This document shows positions 50,496 through 60,369 of a stretch of 64,000 nucleotides of DNA, one piece after another. Location: assembly GCA_022711395.1 (NCBI GenBank), contig JAKLFA010000001.1, positions 195,277 to 259,276 on the forward strand, in the 5' to 3' direction. The position numbers and the translations under genes are program-made. Origin of the DNA: Candidatus Omnitrophota bacterium (GTDB taxonomy: Bacteria; Omnitrophota; Gorgyraeia; Zapsychrales; JANLHA01). Under the pieces are notes generated by a model. The model did no database searches. It saw only the letters and a list, made by a program, of their open reading frames with translations, and was not told the DNA's origin. Numbering within the stretch: position 1 is the first letter of the stretch; the number at the start of each line of letters is the position of its first letter.

Positions 50496-51905
50496 GTGGA
50501 TGTGATAACGGAAATTGAACAGGCAAACGCCATCGAAAAGTATCTTCAAAAACATTTTAGTGATCTTGAACGTTGTTCCCCATACAATGAAAATATCCTA
50601 CAGGAATTTTTAAAGCTCGGGCCTTTTCATTCGTTCATTCCGCGCCCTTTGGGCGGTTGCGGTGAAAATAGTGCATCCTACCTGAAAACGCTCGAAACGG
50701 TATCATATTATTCCCTTCCCTTGGGTCTGACGATGGGGATCACGGGGTCGTTGTTCATCATGCCGATCGTCAAACACGCGCCGTCTGATCTGAGGAACAG
50801 GATTATTTCAGAATTCCTTCACGGAACGCCGCTGGGCGGCATCATGATCACGGAGCCGACGGGAGGAACAGATATTTTCGGCCTTCAAACAAGCCTTTCC
50901 GCTACTCAAGGAGGGATGCTCCTTAACGGCGCCAAATGCTGGGGCGGTTTGACCGGTAAAGCCCAGCACTGGCTTGTGGCCGCGCGGAAAATGCAGGACG
51001 GTAAGCTGACCCGTTCTTTGAATCTGGTCTATGTGCCGCTTTCATCCCCGGGCATTAAGGTGCATACTTATTTTGACGCGCTTGGTCTTCAGCCGATCCC
51101 TTACGGTGAGACGCGGTATTCCAATGTCGTGGTCCCTGAGGAACACAATCTGACGCCCGGAGGGAAGGGCGCGTTGCGGGTCTTGTATGACACGCTGTTT
51201 CGCAGCCGTATGAACATCCCTGCGATCGTTTCCGGCCTGTGCAAACGGCTCTCCGAAGAAAGCGCGGCGTGGGCTTCACGGCGGACGGTATTTGGACAGT
51301 CTATTGACCATTATGACCAGGTGCAGTTCCGGTTGTCGGCGCTTCGGGGTTTCGCGCAGATCAATCATTGCATCCGGCGTTTTGTGGGAACCTGGATGGA
51401 CGGGCATGACGATGTGTCCGGTGATTATGTGCTGGTCAATTCGGTCAAGTTCGTTTCTTCTACCACCATGGCGATCGCGGCGGACTCGGCCATTCATCTG
51501 TTCGCAGCTTCTGCTTATAAACGCAATCATCTGGTCGGGCGGGCTTATGTGGATTGCCGGCCGTTTCAGATCTTTGAAGGCAGCAATGATGTTTTGGATG
51601 ATAACACGTTTTCTGTGCTGGTCGGCCGCTATGGTCGAGTGACACCTGAGGCCATCAGCCAGGAGCTGGAGAAATTCAGGTTGCACATGCCCTCTGATCT
51701 TCCTAAGGGGGTGCTTGATGCGCTGGATGTAAGGGAAGAGGGCTCTCAGCGGCAGAGGGTGCAGTATGGAAGGATCATCGAGTGGATCGTTGTGCGAAGT
51801 CTTGTTGAATACATCGGTGCAGATCAGAAGGTGCCGGTGGAGGACGCCCGGCGCGTCACGAACCGTTATATCGCCTCCTGCACTGCCGAGCTTGCTTATT
51901 TGTAA
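50496..51905 (+). CDS. Acyl-CoA dehydrogenase family protein (469 aa, longer than typical)
   Basis: ACAD signature 1 (IMITEPTGGTDIFG) and signature-2-like QIFEGSNDVLDDNTFSVLVGRYG. GTG start. Confidence 0.65.
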   Translation: MDVITEIEQANAIEKYLQKHFSDLERCSPYNENILQEFLKLGPFHSFIPRPLGGCGENSASYLKTLETVSYYSLPLGLTMGITGSLFIMPIVKHAPSDLRNRIISEFLHGTPLGGIMITEPTGGTDIFGLQTSLSATQGGMLLNGAKCWGGLTGKAQHWLVAARKMQDGKLTRSLNLVYVPLSSPGIKVHTYFDALGLQPIPYGETRYSNVVVPEEHNLTPGGKGALRVLYDTLFRSRMNIPAIVSGLCKRLSEESAAWASRRTVFGQSIDHYDQVQFRLSALRGFAQINHCIRRFVGTWMDGHDDVSGDYVLVNSVKFVSSTTMAIAADSAIHLFAASAYKRNHLVGRAYVDCRPFQIFEGSNDVLDDNTFSVLVGRYGRVTPEAISQELEKFRLHMPSDLPKGVLDALDVREEGSQRQRVQYGRIIEWIVVRSLVEYIGADQKVPVEDARRVTNRYIASCTAELAYL

Positions 51906-51916
51906 AATCATTCCGC

Positions 51917-51960
51917 AAAAAAGGCGCGGTGAAATAGTTCACCGCGCCTTTTTCTTTTTT
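51917..51960. terminator. Bidirectional rho-independent terminator between convergent genes
   Basis: AAAAAA GGCGCGGTGAA atag TTCACCGCGCC TTTTTCTTTTTT. Perfect 11-bp GC-rich stem flanked by an A-tract and a T-tract. Confidence 0.8.
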
Positions 51961-51967
51961 GGGTAAA

Positions 51968-52537
51968 CTACGCCGGAAAATTAAAACTGATATCCGCGTC
52001 TTTTCGGTCTTCGGCGGACACCTGGAATAATTCTCTGGGTTTCATGTTGAGCATGTTGGCGACCATGACATCCGGGATCTGCGCGATGCGGATATTGTAG
52101 GCGTTGACGGATTCGTTGAACATTTCACGCCGGTCCGCGATCTGGCTTTCGAGATGGCTGACGCGGTTCTGAAGCTGCGTGAAGTTGCTGTTGGCCTTCA
52201 GGTCCGGGTAATTTTCAGCTACGGCGAAAAGGTTCTTTAACAGGCCGCTGAGTTCGCCTTCGGCTTTTGAAGAGTCGGCGACAGATGAGGCGTTGATACA
52301 GGCCGTGCGCGCCAAGGTGATCTTTTCAAGCGTTTCGCGTTCGTATTTCATGTAGCCTTCGCAGACTTTGATGAGCTTGGGGATCTCATCGTGACGTTGT
52401 TTTAGAAGAACGTCGATATTGGCCCAGGATTTATCGATGTTCCTGGACAGGACGATCAGGCCGTTGTAGACCGTCATAAAATACATGATGCTTCCCACGA
52501 TCAAAAGCAGGAGGACCGCAGTCAGAATGATTCCCAT
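51968..52537 (-). CDS. lemA: LemA family membrane protein
   Basis: N-terminal TM helix plus the LemA consensus (NxLxxxxxxIDxSWANIDVLLKQRHDEIPKLI ... NYPDLKANxNFxxLQ). Confidence 0.85.
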   Translation of the reverse strand: MGIILTAVLLLLIVGSIMYFMTVYNGLIVLSRNIDKSWANIDVLLKQRHDEIPKLIKVCEGYMKYERETLEKITLARTACINASSVADSSKAEGELSGLLKNLFAVAENYPDLKANSNFTQLQNRVSHLESQIADRREMFNESVNAYNIRIAQIPDVMVANMLNMKPRELFQVSAEDRKDADISFNFPA

Positions 52538-52555
52538 AAAGGTTTCCTTTCGTTT

Positions 52556-53494
52556 TTAAAGAAGATTGAACCTGAGAACTAAAATGATCAACCCTATTAT
52601 AACAGAGGCCGCTCCTCCGTAGATCGCCAGCCCGCATTGCCAGCCCAGTTTGGATAAAAGCTCTTTTTGGTCCTTGTCCGAAATGATGAAGATCCGGCTG
52701 TTGGGGTTGAAGGCGATCACCACATCCGTATGTTCCTCATGCGTGAAGGCGGTCTTGGAGAGGTCTTCTAAAAGCTGTTGTTCTATGCTTTGTGCCGCGA
52801 AGTTCCATTCTTCCTGGCTGATCTCGCCGTCTTTGTTCATGTCGAATTGGGCCATCAGCGCGCGGTCCTGTTTGGCCTTTTCAAGGCGCTCGGCCAGTTT
52901 GGTCCGGTGGTCCTGTAAAAATGTCTGGTTTTTCTGGGCGAAACCCAGAACGTAGACTCTTTCTTGGGGTTTGATGTGCCATTCCGTGAAACGCAGGCGC
53001 CGCTGAAAGCCAAAAAGGCCGCGCGATTTTAGGCCGGAGCGGGTCAGGAAATTTTCGATTTGAGAACTCATGCTTTCAGTCCGCAATTTTTGGTCGATGA
53101 TCATTTCGGCTTTCGCTGGAGAGACCAGGACCCGACCTGTGTCGTCTTTGAGATAAAAGGGAGAGGCCGCACTGTCTCCTTTAGCGATGGTGTCCCAGTG
53201 GGAGTTCTTTCCGTTGGAGTGATATTCTTCGATCTTGTATTTGTAGTAAACGCAAGGAGAGTTGCTGAAGGGCGCGCTCAGGGCCTGATGGCAGTGTTCA
53301 GTCTGGCCGGCGAGCTCGACCTCTCCCATGGCCATGCCCCGGACCGTTGAAGTGGGGATATTCTCGATCATGCGCTTGCGCTTCAGTCGGCTGAACCCTG
53401 TGAAAAATCCCACAAATCCGCCAATGAGCATAAAAAGCCCCAGGACGGCAGGGTCATCCGAATCCGATGAATAATTGCTGTAGAGTAGGAGCAT
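52556..53494 (-). CDS. LemA-associated membrane protein (GIDE-like domain) with a canonical EF-hand calcium-binding loop
   Basis: N- and C-terminal TM helices. DMNKDGEISQEE matches the 12-residue EF-hand loop consensus. 19 nt upstream of lemA on the same strand. Confidence 0.6.
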   Translation of the reverse strand: MLLLYSNYSSDSDDPAVLGLFMLIGGFVGFFTGFSRLKRKRMIENIPTSTVRGMAMGEVELAGQTEHCHQALSAPFSNSPCVYYKYKIEEYHSNGKNSHWDTIAKGDSAASPFYLKDDTGRVLVSPAKAEMIIDQKLRTESMSSQIENFLTRSGLKSRGLFGFQRRLRFTEWHIKPQERVYVLGFAQKNQTFLQDHRTKLAERLEKAKQDRALMAQFDMNKDGEISQEEWNFAAQSIEQQLLEDLSKTAFTHEEHTDVVIAFNPNSRIFIISDKDQKELLSKLGWQCGLAIYGGAASVIIGLIILVLRFNLL

Positions 53495-53660
53495 AGTTTT
53501 ATTTTGAAATTCAAGTTATTATAAAAACCTTTTTAGTGAAATAAAAGTATTTTGATGATTTTATTTGTGTCTGGGTCTGTTTTTTTCCGGACATTATTTG
53601 ACACCGTATTTTAAGTTTGGTATTCTATTTTATCTTATTATTCATATTAAAGGAGCATTT

Positions 53661-54041
53661 ATGTCATCGGAGAAATCGGTTGATCAATCGTGGAAAGAAA
53701 CCGCCAATCAGGAAAAACAGAAAACCGATCAAGCCTATCAGGAACACAATACAGACTATTCAGAATTTAATTTTATGACCTATATCACAAGCCTTTCGAT
53801 GCAGGCGCTGATTTTTTTGGGAGTAATCGGAAACCCCATGAACGATAACCAGGTCGAGGTGAATTTGGACCAGGCCCGGCTTTTGATCGACACGTTGGCG
53901 ATCCTGAAGGAAAAAACGAAGGGCAATCTCAATAAGGAAGAAGAAGGGCTTCTCAACGCTTCGGTCTATGAACTTCAATTAAAATACGTGGAATTGGCCG
54001 GCGCGACGAAGGAAGAAGGAAAGATCATTCATGGATCGTGA
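53661..54041 (+). CDS. DUF1844-family protein
   Basis: ATG with an AGGAG RBS at 53661. Conserved core FxTxxxSLxxQALxxLGxIxNP ... NLxxAxxxIDxLxxLxEKTKGNL. Confidence 0.6.
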   Translation: MSSEKSVDQSWKETANQEKQKTDQAYQEHNTDYSEFNFMTYITSLSMQALIFLGVIGNPMNDNQVEVNLDQARLLIDTLAILKEKTKGNLNKEEEGLLNASVYELQLKYVELAGATKEEGKIIHGS

Positions 54042-54198
54042 ACTTCTTGAGATCCTGGCCTGTCCGGCTTGTCACGGCGCCATTGCCGAACAGGAAAAGT
54101 TTTTGCTTTGCAAGGGCTGTGGCCTTCGTTATCGCATAGAAGATGGAATAGCGGTCTTGCTGATTGAAGAGGCTCAAGCCGCGCAAAAAGGAGCATAA
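54031..54198 (+). CDS. Trm112 / UPF0434 family small zinc-ribbon-like protein (55 aa, not in the ORF track)
   Basis: MDRELLEILACPACHGAIAEQEKFLLCKGCGLRYRIEDGIAVLLIEEA matches the Trm112p-like consensus (LLxILxCPxCxG ... LxCxxCxxxYPIxDGIPVLL). Overlaps the upstream ORF by ~11 nt. Confidence 0.75.
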   Translation: MDRELLEILACPACHGAIAEQEKFLLCKGCGLRYRIEDGIAVLLIEEAQAAQKGA

Positions 54199-54201
54199 AT
54201 C

Positions 54202-54639
54202 ATGTCGAAAGTCTTGGTCATCCATGGCCCGAATTTGAACCTTTTGGGGCAGCGTGAGAAGGATATTTACGGGGACACAACCCTTGAGGATATTAACGCG
54301 TGCTTGAATGAAGTCGCGACAGACGCAGATCTTGAGATTGAAACGTTTCAGTCCAATCATGAAGGGGATATTGTGGATAAGATCGGCCAGGCCAAAAAGG
54401 AAGGATTTGCCGCGATCCTTATTAATCCCGCCGCCTACACGCACACAAGCGTTGCCATCCGTGACGCGGTCGCAGCGGTTGAGCTGCCGACCGTGGAGGT
54501 CCATTTGTCTAATATTCACGCGCGGGAAGAGTTCCGACATAAATCCTTGATCGCTCCGGTCGCTTATGGACAGATCAGCGGGTTTGGAGTGGATAGTTAT
54601 GTTCTGGGGCTTGAGGCGATCATCGGGCTGATCGCTTAA
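54202..54639 (+). CDS. aroQ: 3-dehydroquinate dehydratase type II
   Basis: [14 protein letters not shown] and [12 protein letters not shown] motifs. Confidence 0.92.
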   Translation: MSKVLVIHGPNLNLLGQREKDIYGDTTLEDINACLNEVATDADLEIETFQSNHEGDIVDKIGQAKKEGFAAILINPAAYTHTSVAIRDAVAAVELPTVEVHLSNIHAREEFRHKSLIAPVAYGQISGFGVDSYVLGLEAIIGLIA

Positions 54640-54704
54640 GCGGCATTGCATTTTATCGTCTACTCGAGCATTCTCAAAAAAGAGGCTTTCTTAGCGCTCA
54701 CGTC

Positions 54705-55784
54705 ATGGCACATATCCGTATCCAAAAACTCCGTAAACAGCTCGTTTCACAAAAAATCGATGCCTATCTGTCGGTGCGGGATGAGGATATCCGCTATTTG
54801 ACCGGATTTCCGGCGCATGAATCCTGGCTCTTGGTGGGCTTAGAAAAGGCAGCCTTTTTTACGGATCCCCGTTACAGTCAGGAGGCGCGACAGCATTTGA
54901 AAGGGGTCGCAGTCCGGGAATGCCGCGGGTCTTTACGTGAAGAACTGGCGCGTTATATGACCCGGCGCTCTCTGAAAACGATAGGGTTTGATGAGCGGCA
55001 TTTCAGTGTTTTTTCTTTGAAACAGCTTAAAAGCACTCTGCCGGCAGGAACACGGCTGAAAGCCGTTAATGACGCGGTCCTGAGGCTCAGGCTTATTAAA
55101 GACCGGGAAGAGATTTCCGGGATCAAGGAATCGCTGGCTTTTAATATGAAAGCTTATCAGTATCTTAAAACGATGATACATCCCGGAATGAGGGAGAGGG
55201 ATGTGTTTGCCAGGCTTTTGGAATTTATTTCCAAGAATCACATCAGGTTTGCCTTTGATCCGATCATTGCTTCAGGCCCGAATTCAGCCTTTCCGCACGC
55301 CCGTATTACTGACCGCCGTATTGAGCGTAAAGACCTTTTATTAATTGATATGGGGATGGAGAAGAATGGATATAAGTCTGACTTGACACGTATTTTCCTT
55401 TTCGCTAGAATATCCCCCTCTGTTGAAAAGGTTTACAAGGCGGTTGCCGAAGCCCAGCAAGCGGCGTTGGGGATGATACGGGATGGGATCGCGGTTGCGC
55501 AGGTGGATCAGGCCGCTCGAAAGTCTTTGAAAAAAAAGGGTTTAGATAAACAATTTATCCATTCATTGGGGCATGGCTTGGGGCTTGATATTCATGAGCC
55601 TCCGAGACTTTCCGTGAAGAGCTCTGAAGTGCTTAAATCCGGCATGGTCGTTACGGTCGAACCCGGGGTGTATCTGAAGGGCCGTTTCGGCATCCGCATT
55701 GAAGATATGGTGTTGGTGAAGGACCAGGGATGTGAGGTTTTGAGTCAGTCGTTGATTTCATCACATCCTTTTTTGTTGAAATGA
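54705..55784 (+). CDS. Xaa-Pro aminopeptidase / M24B family peptidase
   Basis: Creatinase-like N-domain plus the M24 pita-bread domain ([15 protein letters not shown]). Confidence 0.85.
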   Translation: MAHIRIQKLRKQLVSQKIDAYLSVRDEDIRYLTGFPAHESWLLVGLEKAAFFTDPRYSQEARQHLKGVAVRECRGSLREELARYMTRRSLKTIGFDERHFSVFSLKQLKSTLPAGTRLKAVNDAVLRLRLIKDREEISGIKESLAFNMKAYQYLKTMIHPGMRERDVFARLLEFISKNHIRFAFDPIIASGPNSAFPHARITDRRIERKDLLLIDMGMEKNGYKSDLTRIFLFARISPSVEKVYKAVAEAQQAALGMIRDGIAVAQVDQAARKSLKKKGLDKQFIHSLGHGLGLDIHEPPRLSVKSSEVLKSGMVVTVEPGVYLKGRFGIRIEDMVLVKDQGCEVLSQSLISSHPFLLK

Positions 55785-55806
55785 ACTTGTTTTAGGAGAG
55801 GGGTAA

Positions 55807-56373
55807 ATGACGATCACGATCAATCAACTTTCAAATGGCCAGGGGCTGATCATTGACGGGGAGATCTATCTCGTTGTTGAGTATCAGCACGTTAAACCGG
55901 GCAAGGGCAGTGCGTTTGCCCGCGTCAGACTTCGGAATGTGAAAACGGACGCTGTTTTAGAGCGCACCTACAGGACCGCGGATAAGCTGGAAGATATTCT
56001 TCTGGAAGAGCACCGGATGCAGTTTCAATACCGCTCGGGAGACATGTTCCATTTTATGAATCTGGATAATTTTGAACAGATCGAGATCCCGGAATCGACA
56101 GTCGGCGATGCGGCGAAATTCTTGCTGGAGAACCTTGAGATCATCGGGCTTGTTTACGAGAATAAAACATTGAGGGTCGTTCTGCCCAATTTTATCGAAG
56201 CGGAGATCACTTACGCCGAGCCGGGCATCAAGGGCGACTCATCACGTTCCGGCACAAAACCGGTTCAGATCGAAACAGGCACCACGGTTCAGGTGCCGTT
56301 GTTTATTAACCAGGGGGATTGGATACGCATTGATACTCGAAACGGTCAATACGTTGAAAGGATTCAGAAATGA
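55807..56373 (+). CDS. efp: Elongation factor P
   Basis: EF-P sequence of 188 aa. The Lys/Arg at the modification loop (KPGKG) is present. Confidence 0.93.
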   Translation: MTITINQLSNGQGLIIDGEIYLVVEYQHVKPGKGSAFARVRLRNVKTDAVLERTYRTADKLEDILLEEHRMQFQYRSGDMFHFMNLDNFEQIEIPESTVGDAAKFLLENLEIIGLVYENKTLRVVLPNFIEAEITYAEPGIKGDSSRSGTKPVQIETGTTVQVPLFINQGDWIRIDTRNGQYVERIQK

Positions 56374-56828
56374 ACTTGAAGGAAATCAAAGAGATCATTA
56401 AGTTGATGCAGGAAAACGAGCTTTCAGAGGTGGAAGTTGAGCATGAGGGCGGAAGGTTAAAGCTTAAAAAGTTCGGGAGCGATGTTCATATGACCCCGGT
56501 CTATCATCATGCTCCGGCAGCTCCGGCGGTGGCGCCCGCAGCTTCTTCTGCGTCGGAAGCGGCAGCTCCGGCGGCGAAACCGGTCAAAACGGTCGAGATC
56601 ACCTCGCCCATGGTCGGGACCTTTTATCGGGCTCCTTCTCCTGAATCCCCGGCATATGTTGAGATCGGCCAGATCATTGAGGTCGGCCAGGTCGTTTGTA
56701 TCGTTGAGGCCATGAAGCTGATGAATGAGATCAAAGCTGAGGCCCGCGGCAAGGTCGTGGAGATCCTGGTGAACAACGCGGAACCGGTCGAATTCGGCCA
56801 ACCGCTTTTTTTGTTGGATCCGGCTTAA
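56370..56828 (+). CDS. accB: Biotin carboxyl carrier protein of acetyl-CoA carboxylase
   Basis: Ala/Pro linker and EAMKLMNEI biotinylation motif. Confidence 0.92.
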   Translation: MNLKEIKEIIKLMQENELSEVEVEHEGGRLKLKKFGSDVHMTPVYHHAPAAPAVAPAASSASEAAAPAAKPVKTVEITSPMVGTFYRAPSPESPAYVEIGQIIEVGQVVCIVEAMKLMNEIKAEARGKVVEILVNNAEPVEFGQPLFLLDPA

Positions 56829-56921
56829 ACAGGTAGTCGGCGAGGGGTAAGACGGGGGCTTCGCCAGCAGTGGGGAAGCCTTAAGAAATTTTGAAGAAAG
56901 AACCTTAAGATCGGTTAATAT

Positions 56922-58280
56922 ATGTTCTCAAAAATTTTGATTGCGAATCGAGGCGAGATCGCTCTGCGGGTCATCAGGGCCTGCCGGGAAATGGGGATCC
57001 AGACAGTGGCGGTGTTTTCGGAAGCGGACAGCAATTCATTGCATGTCCGTTTTGCTGATGAGGCGGTTTGTATCGGGCCAGCCAAAAGTTCGCAAAGTTA
57101 TTTGAATATTCCAGCGATCATCGCGGCGGCGGAAATTACGGATGTTGAGGCGATCCATCCGGGTTACGGGTTTTTGGCGGAGAACGCGCATTTTGCCGAG
57201 ATCTGTGAATCATGCCATATCCGTTTTATCGGGCCTTCACCGGAGGCGATCCGCCTTATGGGTGATAAGATCCAGGCCAGAGAGACGGTCCGGAAGGTCG
57301 GCGTTCCATTAACACCCGGTGGCAAGGGCGTGGTCGCTGATGAAAAAGAAGCGCTTAAGATCGCCAACAGCATCAAATATCCGGTCATCATCAAGGCCGC
57401 GGCCGGCGGAGGCGGTAAGGGCATGAGGGTGTGCCACAATGACATGACCCTGATGGGCGCTTTTGCCATGGCCCGCTCTGAGGCGGAAGCGAATTTCGGC
57501 AATCCGGATGTTTATATTGAAAAATATCTGACGGATCCTCGTCACATCGAATTCCAGATCCTGGCGGACAGCCACGGAAACGTGATCCATTTGGGAGAAC
57601 GCGATTGCAGCATTCAGCGCCGCCATCAAAAGCTGATCGAAGAGGCGCCTTCGCCCGCGCTGACAAAATCCCTGCGAAAAAAAATGGGGGATGCCGCGGT
57701 CAAGGTGGCCAAGTCTGCCAATTATCAAGGGGTCGGGACGATCGAATTTCTGCTGGATTCGACCGGAGAGTTTTATTTCATGGAAATGAACACCCGTATC
57801 CAGGTCGAGCATCCGGTCACGGAAATGGTCACCGGTATCGACTTGATCAAAGAGCAGATCAAGGTCGCGGCGGGGGAGAAGTTGACCATTAAACAGGAAG
57901 ATGTTCAGATCGCAGGCGCGGCTATTGAATGCCGTATCAATGCGGAAGACCCGGCCAATAATTTTATGCCGTGCCCCGGCAAGATCGAGGAGCTGAATAT
58001 CCCCGGCGGCCGCGGCGTGCGGGTGGATTCGCACATTTATCCCGGTTATAAGATCAGCCCGTATTATGATTCGATGATCGCCAAGCTGATCGCTTATGGT
58101 AAGGACCGTAAAGAGGCGATCCGCGTGATGCGCAGAGCGCTGGATGAATTCTATGTGGCGCCGATCAAGACCACGATCGGCCTTCATTTGGATGTTTTGA
58201 ACCATCCGATGTTCGTTAAAGGGGATTTCTCGACACATTTTCTTGAAAAGCATATGAAGAAGAATGAGGCGGAGGCATAA
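56922..58280 (+). CDS. accC: Biotin carboxylase
   Basis: ATP-grasp biotin carboxylase sequence. Confidence 0.95.
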   Translation: MFSKILIANRGEIALRVIRACREMGIQTVAVFSEADSNSLHVRFADEAVCIGPAKSSQSYLNIPAIIAAAEITDVEAIHPGYGFLAENAHFAEICESCHIRFIGPSPEAIRLMGDKIQARETVRKVGVPLTPGGKGVVADEKEALKIANSIKYPVIIKAAAGGGGKGMRVCHNDMTLMGAFAMARSEAEANFGNPDVYIEKYLTDPRHIEFQILADSHGNVIHLGERDCSIQRRHQKLIEEAPSPALTKSLRKKMGDAAVKVAKSANYQGVGTIEFLLDSTGEFYFMEMNTRIQVEHPVTEMVTGIDLIKEQIKVAAGEKLTIKQEDVQIAGAAIECRINAEDPANNFMPCPGKIEELNIPGGRGVRVDSHIYPGYKISPYYDSMIAKLIAYGKDRKEAIRVMRRALDEFYVAPIKTTIGLHLDVLNHPMFVKGDFSTHFLEKHMKKNEAEA

Positions 58281-58282
58281 TT

Positions 58283-58639
58283 ATGAGTGAGATCAAGAAT
58301 GTTGATTTGGGGTCCGTCAAGATCCATAAAAAGGTCATTGCGGATATCACGGCGAATGCCGTGGCTGAGATCAAAGGGGTCCATTTGGTCGCGCCGACGA
58401 TGGCAGACGAACTTCTCAAGATGCTTGGCCTGAGAGTGCATCCTGCTATCACGGTCGATATTGAGAAGACGGGGCAGGTCTCGGTCGATGTGCGTGTCTG
58501 TGTGGAGTACGGCAAGCGTATTCCGGATATCGCGACCCAGGCTCAGGATGTGATCCGGCAGGCCATTGAACAGACGGTCGATATAGATTTAAAGGATGTT
58601 AATGTCAATATCCATGGGATAGAGAGGGGGGGGCAATGA
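58283..58639 (+). CDS. Asp23/Gls24 family (alkaline shock protein 23-like)
   Basis: Asp23 (DUF322) pattern. Confidence 0.75.
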   Translation: MSEIKNVDLGSVKIHKKVIADITANAVAEIKGVHLVAPTMADELLKMLGLRVHPAITVDIEKTGQVSVDVRVCVEYGKRIPDIATQAQDVIRQAIEQTVDIDLKDVNVNIHGIERGGQ

Positions 58640-59247
58640 AATTAATAGTCCGGTTAGGCGTGATGTTTTATTGTGTGGTGACCCTGCTGCTGGCATTTTT
58701 TCTGGTAATGATTGCCTTGCCGCTTATGTCGATCGAGGAAATGTCCGCGATCTTGGAAGCGATCAATCAAAGCGTGCAGGTCCGTTTGGTCCTTGGCCTG
58801 GTCGCATTGATCCTTGTTTTGAAGGCGTATACTTTCGCGAAGCTGATCTCCGGGGACCAGCAAAAGGGCAAGAACATCGCTTTTGATAATCCCGAAGGCC
58901 GTGTGTATGTTTCGTTGGTGGCTATTGAGGATCTTGTTCGTCGGGAACTCTCCTCTTTGGAGGAGGTCAAGGACGTGCGCGCATCGGTAATCGCCAAAAA
59001 AAGCGGCGACCTTTATATTCAATCGCGGGTTTCTCTTAATGGTGATATCAATATTCCTGAACTGACTTCGCGGCTGCAGACGATCATTAAATCCAAGATC
59101 CAGAACATGATCGGCTCTGAACTGGGAGTTGAGGTGGATGTCGATGTCGTCAAGATCGTTCCTCGCAACAAGGACAAGAAGGTCAAGGTCACGGAAGCTG
59201 CCAGTGAAACAAAGCCCAACGTTCCTTTTGAAGGATACCGGGCATAG
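58636..59247 (+). CDS. Membrane-anchored Asp23-like protein (AmaP-like)
   Basis: Two N-terminal TM helices followed by an Asp23-like soluble region. Translationally coupled to the upstream Asp23 gene. Confidence 0.55.
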   Translation: MKLIVRLGVMFYCVVTLLLAFFLVMIALPLMSIEEMSAILEAINQSVQVRLVLGLVALILVLKAYTFAKLISGDQQKGKNIAFDNPEGRVYVSLVAIEDLVRRELSSLEEVKDVRASVIAKKSGDLYIQSRVSLNGDINIPELTSRLQTIIKSKIQNMIGSELGVEVDVDVVKIVPRNKDKKVKVTEAASETKPNVPFEGYRA

Positions 59248-59332
59248 GATGCCGGAAGATTGAAAGAAGCTAAACCCTTTTCCGAGAGGCTGGTTTTATA
59301 GATCTGATCTAACTATTTCTAAGGTGGCGCTT

Positions 59333-60358
59333 ATGAAGAAGATTGGAATTCTCACAGGTGGGGCGGATTGTCCTGGATTGAACTCTGTGATCCGGGCGGT
59401 TGTTCGCAAAGGCATGCTGGAAGGCTATGTGGTGGCCGGCATCAAGAACGGCTGGGAGGGTTTGATCGAAAATGATATGAAGATCCTGGACCCGCGCATG
59501 ACGTCCGGTATTCTTGACAAAGGCGGAACGATCTTAGGGACCAGCCGTATTGATCCTCTGGAAGACCCGAATAAAGTCGCAGCGATCGGAGAGAATTATA
59601 AACGCAGTGGCATCGATGCCTTGATAGCCGTGGGTGGTGAGAAGACCTTGACCATTGCCCAGTATTTGCATGAGAACGGATATATAAAGGTCGTGGGTGT
59701 TCCTAAATCGATCGATAACGCGCTTTCGGGGACAGAATACGCTTTTGGGTTTGATACCGCTGTTAATATTGCGACCGAATGCATCGACCGCCTGCACACG
59801 ACAGCGGAAAGCCATCACCGCATCATTGTTATTGAGGTCATGGGCCAGCACACCGGATGGATCGCTCTGGAATCCGGCATCGCCGGAGGGGCGGATGTGA
59901 TCTTGATCCCTGAGATCGAGTCTGATCTAGATGCGGTTTGTTTGGACCTCAACGCGAGACACCGCCGTGGCAAAACATTCAGTATCGTTGTGGTCGCGGA
60001 AGGGGCGCGCATCAAAGGTTTTTCTCCTCAAGAGATCGCTAAGCGGATCAGCCATTACCGTTTCGGGGGCATTGGTGAGTTCGTGGCCGAAGAGATCGAA
60101 AAGAAGACCGGTTATGAAACACGCGTGAGCGTTCTGGGTCATATCCAACGGGGTGGTGCTCCAACAGCCTATGACCGGATCATCGGAACCCAGTTCGGCA
60201 TTAAGGCCGTGGATCTTGTCAAAGAACAGAGATTCGGACAGATGGTGAGTTTGAAGAACAATAAGCTCGGCTCTGTAGACATTGAAAAAGCGATCAAAAA
60301 GCGTAAAACGATCGACATGGACCTGTTCGAAATCGCTTCGGTCTTTTTTGCCCATTAA
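59333..60358 (+). CDS. Phosphofructokinase-family kinase with non-canonical active-site residues (PPi-type Lys124 signature, GGEKT in place of GGDGS, MGQ in place of MGR)
   Basis: PFK fold motifs GGADCPGLN and LGHIQRGGAP are conserved. Key substitutions can be read directly against the E. coli PfkA pattern. RBS AAGGTGG before the ATG at 59333. Confidence 0.85.
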   Translation: MKKIGILTGGADCPGLNSVIRAVVRKGMLEGYVVAGIKNGWEGLIENDMKILDPRMTSGILDKGGTILGTSRIDPLEDPNKVAAIGENYKRSGIDALIAVGGEKTLTIAQYLHENGYIKVVGVPKSIDNALSGTEYAFGFDTAVNIATECIDRLHTTAESHHRIIVIEVMGQHTGWIALESGIAGGADVILIPEIESDLDAVCLDLNARHRRGKTFSIVVVAEGARIKGFSPQEIAKRISHYRFGGIGEFVAEEIEKKTGYETRVSVLGHIQRGGAPTAYDRIIGTQFGIKAVDLVKEQRFGQMVSLKNNKLGSVDIEKAIKKRKTIDMDLFEIASVFFAH

Positions 60359-60369
60359 GAGGAACCGTT

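Noticed and set aside
56829-56921. Small GC hairpin (GGCTTC..GAAGCC) between accB and accC
   Set aside because: The stem is short (6 bp), there is no U-tract, and accBC are normally co-transcribed. Not convincing as a terminator.
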